This document shows positions 22,800 through 31,814 of a stretch of DNA of 64,000 bases, in pieces. The stretch is from a virus (lineage: Duplodnaviria; Caudoviricetes): the IMG/VR virus record IMGVR_UViG_3300047560_000348, positions 4,136 through 68,135 of that record. One strand, 5' to 3'. Below the pieces are notes generated by a model. It was given only the letters and a program-made list of their open reading frames with translations. It was not told the origin of the DNA and ran no database searches. Numbering within the stretch: the first letter of the stretch is position 1; each line of letters opens with the position of its first letter. The translations under genes were made by a program, and so were the position numbers.

Positions 22800-23225
22800 T
22801 TATACCAGATTAATGGTAGATGTCAAGGCTACCAGCAAACTATTGGAAATTTCGTGAGAGGAAGTGTTTGACTGTACCCTGACGACTGCCGTAGATGACC
22901 AATTGGCTTCTGGCACAATAATTGAATAGTTTGTGGCCATTGTCGATCCAGCATAAGTAAATGTTTCGCTTGACCCATATTTAACAAAAACATCGTATAG
23001 GTTTGCGTTTGATGGTTGCCAAACAACAGACAAAATCTTAGTAGTAGAGCTGTAGGATGGAACAATCGCAGACGAGGCAACTGACACATTTTTAACTACT
23101 TCAGTAGTAGACCAATCAGATGCTTTAGTTCTATCAGCAATGAGTCTATATTTAATTAAAAATGAGTTATCTGAAGTTGGACTAGGAAGCTGACCTTTTG
23201 GTATAACTATTTTCTTATTAGCCAT
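22800..23225 (-). CDS. Putative minor tail protein (FN3-like)
   Basis: Beta-rich, VVW...YDVFV...VRVQ pattern; tail-module context. Confidence 0.45.
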   Translation of the reverse strand: MANKKIVIPKGQLPSPTSDNSFLIKYRLIADRTKASDWSTTEVVKNVSVASSAIVPSYSSTTKILSVVWQPSNANLYDVFVKYGSSETFTYAGSTMATNYSIIVPEANWSSTAVVRVQSNTSSHEISNSLLVALTSTINLV

Positions 23226-24631
23226 TATGTATCAAATCCAAATCTAAATTCAATAGAGTTGGTTGTGTTGGCAAGCTTTTTGATTGTAACTCCATTGACA
23301 GTCTTCACAACAGCATATCCAGTAAGTCCATATATAGCACTATCAGAAGAAACATTTTCAAGTCTTAGTGCATCTAGGGCAACATAGAAATCTTCTGTCT
23401 TTTCTCCTGCCTGATTTATAACGTTTATGTATACAGATACAGAGCTTACCTTATTCCATGCAAATCTTGAGTCATTCTTCTTCAATTCACTCAATGATTT
23501 TTTCAAAACAATATATCTATTTGATTGAAGATTTAGCATTGGATCGTCTACTGTATTTTCTGCAACATAGTCTAATGTTCCAATGTATCCATCTGATGTA
23601 ATAAAATCCATAGAAATCAGAATACGAGCAGGTGGTGTAGATGATGTTCCAAGTCTGCTCAAAACTGAGAATGCTAATCTTAGTTCATCGGATGGTGAGT
23701 TTTTATCAAAACCAAGAGATAGGCCATTAAGCTTTATATGAGGGCTTGATGCATTCTTAGTAAGAACTTTTGTCCCAGTGTTGTATGTAATTGTAGATGT
23801 ATTTCCACGAACTGCAATAATGTTATTTAAAAATCTGCAAGTCTCGTGTCTATTAACTCTTGCGATATTGCTAAAAATGTGATTGTCTGAATTTGTGTGA
23901 AGCACGTAGCAGTCTTTGCCATTATAAGTGCCATCAATATTTCCAGCTTCATTACTTGCATCTAACTTTGAATATACTACTGGAATTGATTCTGAACCTG
24001 TTGTAGATTCATATACCCAGTTTTCAGACTGAGAGAATGCAAATATATTTTTGCTATCTTGAGAACCTGCATCAGGGTTAGATACTGCTGGATAAAGACC
24101 AATCTCTGTTATCTCATATCTTTCTTCTGTTGGAAGATCAGCAGATAGAACAATGCTAGTATAGTAAGATGTCACCGTGCCTGGTAACGGTAGCTGTGGA
24201 CCTGAGTATCCAGTATTTTTCTTAATAGTAAATGATGTGCTACTTTTGGAGACAATAATTGCATCCACGACATTAAATCTTGTATCTGCAACCCCAGTTA
24301 CGTTAACTCTATCTCCTACCTCAAATGGTAGTGACTGTGGGGTTCCACCAGAGATATACTCGTATGTAATGCTGCTTCCATTTACGGATATCATATTGAT
24401 TGGCGATGTAGCGTTGACATCTGTTAGGAATCCTCTAGACTTAATCGGAAGTCTGAGCATCTCAAACTCTAAAGACTTAGCTGCTCTTTGCTCAGCAATG
24501 TTGGCGTATGTAATATCGTCTGTGGTTGAGTATGGTCTTTGTCCACAGCCAATAGCAATATGCGAAGCATATGAGTTTGTTTGTCCTATCAAGTATTTTG
24601 ATAGAATAGTTTGTCCTTTATTTGTAAGCAT
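23225..24631 (-). CDS. Putative minor tail / baseplate protein
   Basis: MLTNKG..ILSKYL, HIAIGCG and YEITEIGLY resemble tail-collar/baseplate fibre N-termini. Confidence 0.55.
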   Translation of the reverse strand: MLTNKGQTILSKYLIGQTNSYASHIAIGCGQRPYSTTDDITYANIAEQRAAKSLEFEMLRLPIKSRGFLTDVNATSPINMISVNGSSITYEYISGGTPQSLPFEVGDRVNVTGVADTRFNVVDAIIVSKSSTSFTIKKNTGYSGPQLPLPGTVTSYYTSIVLSADLPTEERYEITEIGLYPAVSNPDAGSQDSKNIFAFSQSENWVYESTTGSESIPVVYSKLDASNEAGNIDGTYNGKDCYVLHTNSDNHIFSNIARVNRHETCRFLNNIIAVRGNTSTITYNTGTKVLTKNASSPHIKLNGLSLGFDKNSPSDELRLAFSVLSRLGTSSTPPARILISMDFITSDGYIGTLDYVAENTVDDPMLNLQSNRYIVLKKSLSELKKNDSRFAWNKVSSVSVYINVINQAGEKTEDFYVALDALRLENVSSDSAIYGLTGYAVVKTVNGVTIKKLANTTNSIEFRFGFDT

Positions 24632-24640
24632 AATTTTCCT

Positions 24641-25723
24641 CTAGTATATTATATCACTAACAGCACCAACCTGGAAAGATACCTCTAGCTGATATGAGCT
24701 ATCTACTCCAGATAATTCTACCACCAAATCGCCATTACTATTTAAATAAACATTTCTATTCATACCGCTTGGATCGTCTGTAGATTCTGGGACATACTGG
24801 TACCTCTTTAATGGAAACTGGCTAAATACGTCTTCTGATGTTTGGGTAAGTGATTGAAGATTTGCACCGCCAGAAATAGTGGTAACTCTTGACATATTAG
24901 ATATTTGCTGATATGATAGCTCAGCACCATCGACCAAGTCATGTCTAGCTATATTCAAAATTTCAGTTCCACCAATATCCTCAAACAGCAAGTCTGTCAT
25001 AAGTTCTACTGGAAATGCCTCATCACTTATCATTAGCAAGTCTGGAGTTGCAGGTTTTGTGTCTGGCTTTGGAGATCCCGAACCAGCAGATGGTGGAGTA
25101 TATGGAACTGCATCAATTACTGGAATTTCAACTTCTGGGATTTCTACTACTGGTGGTGGTGTTACTACTGGTTTTTTGGTAGTTGTTTTCTTGGGAGCTG
25201 TCTTTTTGGTAGTTGTTTTTTTAGTAGTTGCTTTTGGTTTAGTAGGAGGCTTCATCCTTTCCACTCTATCTGGGGATGGCTTTTGCTTTATTGGCTTTTT
25301 GTCAGCCTTTGCATTTTTTTGAGCCTGAGATAGATTAAGCTGAGACTGATACACATAATTCTCTAATGTTGATGGAATCTTGCCACCATTTTTCTTTGCA
25401 GCATTAGCAGCAATTTTTTTAGCGTTTGACAAATCCATTTGCTTTTGATATACAAAGTTATCTAGAGTTGAGGATTTTCCAGAGGTTGCTACTGGTTTCT
25501 TTTTTACAACAGGTGCTTTTGCAGCACCAGCAGTAGACATATTATTTGGCAAAAAGTTGCCCACTGGTCTAAATGTTGGAGCTAGAAATGGTGAAGCAAT
25601 AGACTGTGTAACTTTTGGTGCCACAACCTTTGTCGCTACTGGTGCCTTTGCAGCAATTGGCTTTGCAGCAGGTGCTGGAGATGGCTTTGGAGTAGGTGTT
25701 GATTTGGGAGCTGGTTTAGCCAT
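24641..25723 (-). CDS. Tail-module protein with a Pro/Lys/Ala/Thr low-complexity N-terminus and a globular acidic C-terminus
   Basis: KP/TTKK repeats over roughly the first 220 aa; C-terminal LLFEDIGGTEI..IARHD.VDG. Confidence 0.6.
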   Translation of the reverse strand: MAKPAPKSTPTPKPSPAPAAKPIAAKAPVATKVVAPKVTQSIASPFLAPTFRPVGNFLPNNMSTAGAAKAPVVKKKPVATSGKSSTLDNFVYQKQMDLSNAKKIAANAAKKNGGKIPSTLENYVYQSQLNLSQAQKNAKADKKPIKQKPSPDRVERMKPPTKPKATTKKTTTKKTAPKKTTTKKPVVTPPPVVEIPEVEIPVIDAVPYTPPSAGSGSPKPDTKPATPDLLMISDEAFPVELMTDLLFEDIGGTEILNIARHDLVDGAELSYQQISNMSRVTTISGGANLQSLTQTSEDVFSQFPLKRYQYVPESTDDPSGMNRNVYLNSNGDLVVELSGVDSSYQLEVSFQVGAVSDIIY

Positions 25724-28700
25724 TATTCTGTAACCTCACTAAGATAAATAATTGATGATGGTCCATCTACGCCTCTTTGGTACTCACATGAATAAACAAC
25801 GAATCTCTTATTTCTATCAACAATCTGATCTATATTATTTTCTGTCCAGAGAATCTGTACGATATCACCCAACTGCAATACTCCACCACCAAATACACTG
25901 ACACCAACAGACTTTCTTGGCTTCATCACCTTATTGATCATCCATTCCATCAGACTATTTGCAGAAGCAGCATTCTGGATATACTTGGCATTAATCGAAA
26001 ATTCTAAATTACCATATGATTTTCTGCTTGCTTTAATTGAGTAAGATGTTTTGCTAGCCTTTACTGGTGACTTTAGTGGATTCTTATTTAGTTGGTCAAC
26101 GTTAGATAGGTCTGAGTTAAGATTAAAGAAGTCATCAACTGTTAGTTTTCTGTCTGAATTTTGAGTAAAGGTTACACCCTGGATTCTCAAGTAATTACCA
26201 GTAGTTTCGTCCAGGCTGATTACAGTATCTGTGTTGTTAAATACTATGAAGTCTGCACCATATGCTGTTGGGGTAAATCCAGAAACTGTGTACCCCTTTT
26301 GTCTAGTGAATGTTGGTGCAATCTTAGCATTGAGTGCTGGCCATGCCTTATCATATTTAATATTAAAATATGCAGCCTCACGCATGATAGTTCCAAATTC
26401 ATCAAAGTATATGTCATGTCCTGCACCAGATCCACTGCTTATGTCAGACAGGTATGTTTGTTGGATTGCACCACTAAGAGAATATTTTCTAAGTGCATCA
26501 TCAGCTGATACATTATTAATTCCAAAAATTGATGACTGTACTGGTGTTGAAAGCGATGCAGTTGAATCATCGATTGTACGCTTTTTGAGTGCATATACGT
26601 TTTCAAACATCGCCTTACTAGTTCCTCTAATGAAAGGTGCAAAAGATGTATATTCTGGAAGTGGATTCTCGTCATCTACCACAGCAACTGATCTATTATT
26701 GATGTAAAGGTAAAAACGCTTTGACCCATTACCAAGTGTTTCGTGTTCTATAGATAGGTCGTATATTGTTGGGTTATCTTCTCCATATACCCTGCTTTGA
26801 CCAACAAACATTCCAGTGTCTACAAGAATATTTGCAATACCGCCCCATAGCTTAATGGGTACAGCATTGCCACTGCCATCAGACTTAATCTTATAGAAGA
26901 TAACATCGTTAAACACAACATTTGTTGATGTCACCTCTCCAGTATCTGGGTCAGTTGTTGTGTTCGTCACACTGTCATTTGTTAGTGCACATAACTCAAA
27001 GTAATATCCATTGTTAGTTTCTTTATTCAAAAGGACAGCGATACCTGCTGAAGCTCCACCAGTTTTTCCATTATCGTAGTATCCCATAGACCCTGTTGGA
27101 GACTGCTTCTTTTGTTTTCCATCTTCATACTGACCAACAATTCTTAGTCTAGTACCATAGTGAGCGTATACTTGAGAAAGTGTTTTTGGAACGTAGGATA
27201 GATAATCTTGAGCCATAATATCTGATGCAAATGATGGACCAGTCATTACTAATGCTGATGACTGAACTGTTCCAATTTCTGTATTTTGTAGAGCAGCTAC
27301 CTGAGCATCAGTTTTGTCTGTACCACCCATAGAGTTCTTTATAATTCCAGCCCTTAGTGCACTTGATACAGTTGAGTTTGCAACTCCTGCATTTCCAACT
27401 TGTGCAGCAACAGAAGCTGTTTTTGCATTTTTAGGATCAAAGTTAAGGGTAGTGTTTAGTGATACCTTACATCCTCTTGTTGGATTTACAGACTGACTTG
27501 ACCATTCTAGTGCAAGTCCAGCATTGTGTGTAACTGGCTCTAATACCCCAGCTGAATTACGTTGACCTGTATTAAATTGCATTCTTCCATGCTTGTTAAC
27601 TGGACCGTTCTTGAATACTGTCACTCCATTTACTTCTTCATAGAATGGCTCACAGTAGATTCTCACTAGCCCTGTTGGAAACATTGACTTTGCAAACTTG
27701 ACATCTTGGAAATAGTCGGAGTATTCCTGTGCACTCTGAATCCAAACATTGCCTGGACCATTTGGTATTGAGTATTGTACTGCATCATATCTTATAACTT
27801 CACCGTTTGCATAAAAATATCCATTATATCTAGATAGGAAGTAAACTCCCTCTCCTAAGTCCATCGTGTTATTTTTGATTTCTCCACCAATAACTTCTGG
27901 AAGTTGAGAAGATAGTGCAGAGTTTAGTGGTACTGCAGATAGAGTGTAGTTTGATGCATTGCTAACTTGACCAGTTTGTGTCTTTGTATTTTGATCTCCA
28001 GCAGCTTCCCAAAGCAAAACTGGCTTATATATCCAGGTTTTGTTACGATCTAAAAGCATTGCTTGTTTCAATGAACCATATGATCTTTGAATATATTTTT
28101 CTTGATAACTAATAGATCCATTATTGAATACTTTACTATCTTGTGTAGAAATGCTTTCAATATTTGCTGAAATAGCATCTGTCTTTTCTCCACTCAAAAT
28201 AAAATCTGTAGGTCTTTGGGCGGTTGTTGGCATCATGTAGTTTTTACTCATGATAATAAAATCATTTTCTTCATTAAAGAACATTGCTGCCTGTGCAGAA
28301 ATTGCTAAATCTTGTAATGTCTGTAGGACAGATGATTCTGGATTTGTATAAAAGTATGGAATGGTGATCTCTGTTTCACCAGATGTTCTGTAGAATTTAT
28401 AGTTTGTAAAGCCAATTGAATCTAGCAAAGTCGTGACTGCAACACTAAAGCTAACATCTACCATCATTAATTCTGGACATGATGTTTGTTCCATTAGGTG
28501 TGTTAGGTCTCTTAACTCAATAGATACGTCTCTGTTACCGCCAGATATTGCTGGTCGTGTAGATGAGTACAAAGTTTTAATTGGAATCATATATTGATTT
28601 CCATCGCTATCTGACATCTGCTCATAGAACATAAATTTTATGTTTTGTGCAATAAAGTTTTTAATAACGCTTTTTGGATTATTTTCATTAAATGTTTGAC

Positions 28701-30021
28701 TATAGTCAAAAAGTTTAACAGAGCCAGTACCTGCTAGCAGTTGTCCAACTGGCATTCCAGATGCTCCCAAATCAGATAACGATTTGGTAACGCTATAGTC
28801 TGTAACCATATCTGTCATTTCTGCAACAAGTCTTGGCGACATTTCAATTAGGTCAAACGATGACCCATCAGTATTCATTGTTTCAACAACAACCCTGAGA
28901 CCAGAAATATTTACAAATTTTTCATACTGCTTTAGTCCAGTAAGTGTGTTTATAAAATAATCTGGATTTGATAGCTTATCGAGTACATTTCTGTAATCAA
29001 CTACACCGTCTAGTAGTGACCATTCGTACTGTGCATCATATCCTATGAAAGCTGATCCATTAAATATATATAAAGTACCCTTAGAGGTTTCTGTTGGCTT
29101 AAGTAGGTATGCTGAACCAACAACATCATTGTTAGGAAGCATTTCAACTGTCTTAATTATTCTTTTAAAATTGAATGTATTCTTAAAGTTATTTGGAACT
29201 TTTAGGCCATATGCAATTTCTACATTTCCATCTGGACCAATGATTGGACGATTTCCAGATCTAACATCTGTTGATGAAAATGATATAGCGTCTTTCCATA
29301 CAGAATCTTCTAGATATTGAATCCTCCATGTTGCTGGAGTTTGTGAATTTTGATATCCAAAAAATGGGTCAGAAAATTGTGAACCAGTAGATGAGTAGAA
29401 TGGACCGTTGTTTTTAGAACCAACGTGTGTCTGCATCTTTACAACAATTCTGTTGGTTGGAACAGCATCCTTGTATACAATAAATGGGCAGGCATCATCA
29501 ATACCGTAGCCACCTGCTGGCAAACTATAAGATATACCCTTAGCTAGTCCAGACTCATATCTGTATGATGTCCAATACTTAAACTTGTCTTTTCTTGTTG
29601 CAACATAGTACCTAGGTCTACTTGCAACATCTTTAGATGAGTACCCCCAGAATTTTGTTAGTCTGGCTTTATTTATTCCTGAACGTGGTCTATACTTGCC
29701 AAAACATTCCTCTAGAGAAAATAGATTTTTCATGTTTTCATCTACTGATGTAAATTGTTGTGGCTGGTTGGAATCATCATATCCATTGTCTAAAGTTACA
29801 TCTGACTGTGTTGCCCCTGTATAATAGTTGCCTTGGTCATATCTGTCATAGGTTGATGGTAAAGTTGAATAGATTGAGTTTAATGCTTTTCTATATCTGT
29901 AATTACCAATTGCATCAAAGTTTTCTGCAATATTCATATTCCATTCAGCAAGGATTATTGGCTTAACGTCAATAGAAGAAGCTGTCTGTAGGTAATTTAC
30001 TAATGTCTGATTGCCAAACAT
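25723..30021 (-). CDS. Large minor tail (tail tip / hub) protein
   Basis: 1432 aa, second gene after the tape measure; C-terminal LQLGDIVQI hub-type motif. Confidence 0.7.
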   Translation of the reverse strand: MFGNQTLVNYLQTASSIDVKPIILAEWNMNIAENFDAIGNYRYRKALNSIYSTLPSTYDRYDQGNYYTGATQSDVTLDNGYDDSNQPQQFTSVDENMKNLFSLEECFGKYRPRSGINKARLTKFWGYSSKDVASRPRYYVATRKDKFKYWTSYRYESGLAKGISYSLPAGGYGIDDACPFIVYKDAVPTNRIVVKMQTHVGSKNNGPFYSSTGSQFSDPFFGYQNSQTPATWRIQYLEDSVWKDAISFSSTDVRSGNRPIIGPDGNVEIAYGLKVPNNFKNTFNFKRIIKTVEMLPNNDVVGSAYLLKPTETSKGTLYIFNGSAFIGYDAQYEWSLLDGVVDYRNVLDKLSNPDYFINTLTGLKQYEKFVNISGLRVVVETMNTDGSSFDLIEMSPRLVAEMTDMVTDYSVTKSLSDLGASGMPVGQLLAGTGSVKLFDYSQTFNENNPKSVIKNFIAQNIKFMFYEQMSDSDGNQYMIPIKTLYSSTRPAISGGNRDVSIELRDLTHLMEQTSCPELMMVDVSFSVAVTTLLDSIGFTNYKFYRTSGETEITIPYFYTNPESSVLQTLQDLAISAQAAMFFNEENDFIIMSKNYMMPTTAQRPTDFILSGEKTDAISANIESISTQDSKVFNNGSISYQEKYIQRSYGSLKQAMLLDRNKTWIYKPVLLWEAAGDQNTKTQTGQVSNASNYTLSAVPLNSALSSQLPEVIGGEIKNNTMDLGEGVYFLSRYNGYFYANGEVIRYDAVQYSIPNGPGNVWIQSAQEYSDYFQDVKFAKSMFPTGLVRIYCEPFYEEVNGVTVFKNGPVNKHGRMQFNTGQRNSAGVLEPVTHNAGLALEWSSQSVNPTRGCKVSLNTTLNFDPKNAKTASVAAQVGNAGVANSTVSSALRAGIIKNSMGGTDKTDAQVAALQNTEIGTVQSSALVMTGPSFASDIMAQDYLSYVPKTLSQVYAHYGTRLRIVGQYEDGKQKKQSPTGSMGYYDNGKTGGASAGIAVLLNKETNNGYYFELCALTNDSVTNTTTDPDTGEVTSTNVVFNDVIFYKIKSDGSGNAVPIKLWGGIANILVDTGMFVGQSRVYGEDNPTIYDLSIEHETLGNGSKRFYLYINNRSVAVVDDENPLPEYTSFAPFIRGTSKAMFENVYALKKRTIDDSTASLSTPVQSSIFGINNVSADDALRKYSLSGAIQQTYLSDISSGSGAGHDIYFDEFGTIMREAAYFNIKYDKAWPALNAKIAPTFTRQKGYTVSGFTPTAYGADFIVFNNTDTVISLDETTGNYLRIQGVTFTQNSDRKLTVDDFFNLNSDLSNVDQLNKNPLKSPVKASKTSYSIKASRKSYGNLEFSINAKYIQNAASANSLMEWMINKVMKPRKSVGVSVFGGGVLQLGDIVQILWTENNIDQIVDRNKRFVVYSCEYQRGVDGPSSIIYLSEVTE

Positions 30022-30660
30022 TTAAACCTCTTCCAGCGTTATGCTTACATTCCATAGATCGTGTGTTGATCCACCACGTTTCACAACATCGTAGTCAAAG
30101 GATGATATGAACATTTCCATGGCTTGAGGATATTCTCCTAAGCGTTGGAACCTAAACTGATCCTTTGCAAATTCATTATATTTATCATAGGACAGGTATA
30201 CCCAGAAAGATCCAGTGTGGTTCTGATACCAGTCAAGCATATCTACTCCACCTGCACCTCCATCAGTTGTATACTGTGATGATGGATCTGTCAATGTTGT
30301 TTTACCAGTAGTGGCATTAAACTGTGGATAAGTCGCAAACCCTCTAGATGGCACTAAATCCCAAGAAGTAGATATTGTGAACTTGTCTGCAGTATGATAT
30401 GAACGCATCTGTCCATTAATCATTCTTTTACGTGTTTCAATTCTTTGTGGCTTAAACTGCAATGGCTTTCTATTATCATCAGTAAGAATTAGAAATTGAT
30501 TCTGCAACTCTGTAGCTGTCAACGCTGGCACTGAGTCATTCATTTCTAGACCGTATGGAACATATTGGCCATTAACAATGGTTGGTGCTTGTTCTGACCA
30601 CATCATTGCGTGTGGTCTAGTATACGTTCTTCTACCCTGCAGGTATGCTTGCGTTGCCAT
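30022..30660 (-). CDS. Distal-tail-like minor tail protein
   Basis: Directly after the tape measure; RIETRKRMINGQMRSYH, ends WNVSITLEEV. Confidence 0.6.
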   Translation of the reverse strand: MATQAYLQGRRTYTRPHAMMWSEQAPTIVNGQYVPYGLEMNDSVPALTATELQNQFLILTDDNRKPLQFKPQRIETRKRMINGQMRSYHTADKFTISTSWDLVPSRGFATYPQFNATTGKTTLTDPSSQYTTDGGAGGVDMLDWYQNHTGSFWVYLSYDKYNEFAKDQFRFQRLGEYPQAMEMFISSFDYDVVKRGGSTHDLWNVSITLEEV

Positions 30661-31814
30661 TAAATTCTAACTCCTCTTACCCTCTGTGACTCTACTGTTC
30701 TTAGCTTATCCATAACAACCTTAGCAATTTCATTTGGATTAGCATCAGACTTAACATTTACACTTAGCGTATAATTATTATACACTGAAGACGAGCCTGA
30801 TTCAGTAGTTTGTCCAGAAGGACCAATGTTTACATTTGGCTTAGGAAGAACCTTGAATGATGGAGAGCCAACATTTGGACTAAAGCTTCCATCGTTAATT
30901 GCAGACAGTAGTCCTGAGCCATACTTGCTTACAGCATCCTTATTTACAACATACTCTCCTGGAGTTAACATTGAAGGAACTGTGTCTGTATTTCCAGCAC
31001 CAGGAACTCTACCACCAGAGTTAAGCTTCATTGCTGACACTACTCGGCTACCCAAACCAGAAACTAGTGCAGATGCTGGAACACCTGCAGGAAGTTGTGG
31101 GCTTACGGGTTGAACAAGCTTATCAACACTTGTTCCAGAAGCAGCAGCGATACCAGCAATTGTTGTTGTATTTACTGTAGTTGGAATACCTCTCCAGTCA
31201 ACTGCGGTTGGAGTTGGTGTTGTTGTGGTAGTAGTTGGCTTGGTTGTTGTGGTACTTGTGCTAGGTGCTGGAGCAACTGCAGTAACATTTCCTGGCTTTG
31301 AGCCAAGTTTTGCATAAGCAGCAAGCAATTTAGTAACAGATCCAAATGCATTATCAATTGCAGTCTTAAAGTTGTTTGTATTTACTCTAGCAAGGTCAAT
31401 TTCGCTCTTAATTGCAGCCCATTGTGCTGCAGTCTTTCCAAGCACAGTGATTCTATCAATTTCTCCCTGCTTTTCAAGATCAAGAAGTCTTAATCTTTCA
31501 TTTGCTGGAGCAAGCTGTTCTTGTTCAATAGTAAATATTTGTTTCTTCAGGTCAAGGATAGAAGCTTCTAGGGTTTCTCTAGTTCTTCCCTGGCTGTCTG
31601 TAACAGATCCAAGCTCTTGCTCCTTAGCAGTATCTAGAGCATCTCTTTGCGACTGCATTGCAGCAGCAGCAGAGCCTGCCTGTGACTCTTGAATAGCTCT
31701 AGCTGCAGCAGCAATATCACCTTGAGTTAGAGCATCTGCAATTGTAAGCTGAGACTTTTGCTGCCTAATAATTTCTTCATTAACTTTTTGAATCTTATCA
31801 AGAGCTTTAGTTCC
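30660..31814 (-). CDS. C-terminal part of the tape measure protein in the -1 frame (ORF-track start 31658 is internal)
   Basis: Frame open from 31814 (TKALDKIQKVNEEIIRQQKSQLTIADALTQGDIAAAARA...); carries the GG.VPG.G..DTVPSMLTPGEYVV motif also present in the upstream part. Confidence 0.75.
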   Translation of the reverse strand, partial: GTKALDKIQKVNEEIIRQQKSQLTIADALTQGDIAAAARAIQESQAGSAAAAMQSQRDALDTAKEQELGSVTDSQGRTRETLEASILDLKKQIFTIEQEQLAPANERLRLLDLEKQGEIDRITVLGKTAAQWAAIKSEIDLARVNTNNFKTAIDNAFGSVTKLLAAYAKLGSKPGNVTAVAPAPSTSTTTTKPTTTTTTPTPTAVDWRGIPTTVNTTTIAGIAAASGTSVDKLVQPVSPQLPAGVPASALVSGLGSRVVSAMKLNSGGRVPGAGNTDTVPSMLTPGEYVVNKDAVSKYGSGLLSAINDGSFSPNVGSPSFKVLPKPNVNIGPSGQTTESGSSSVYNNYTLSVNVKSDANPNEIAKVVMDKLRTVESQRVRGVRI

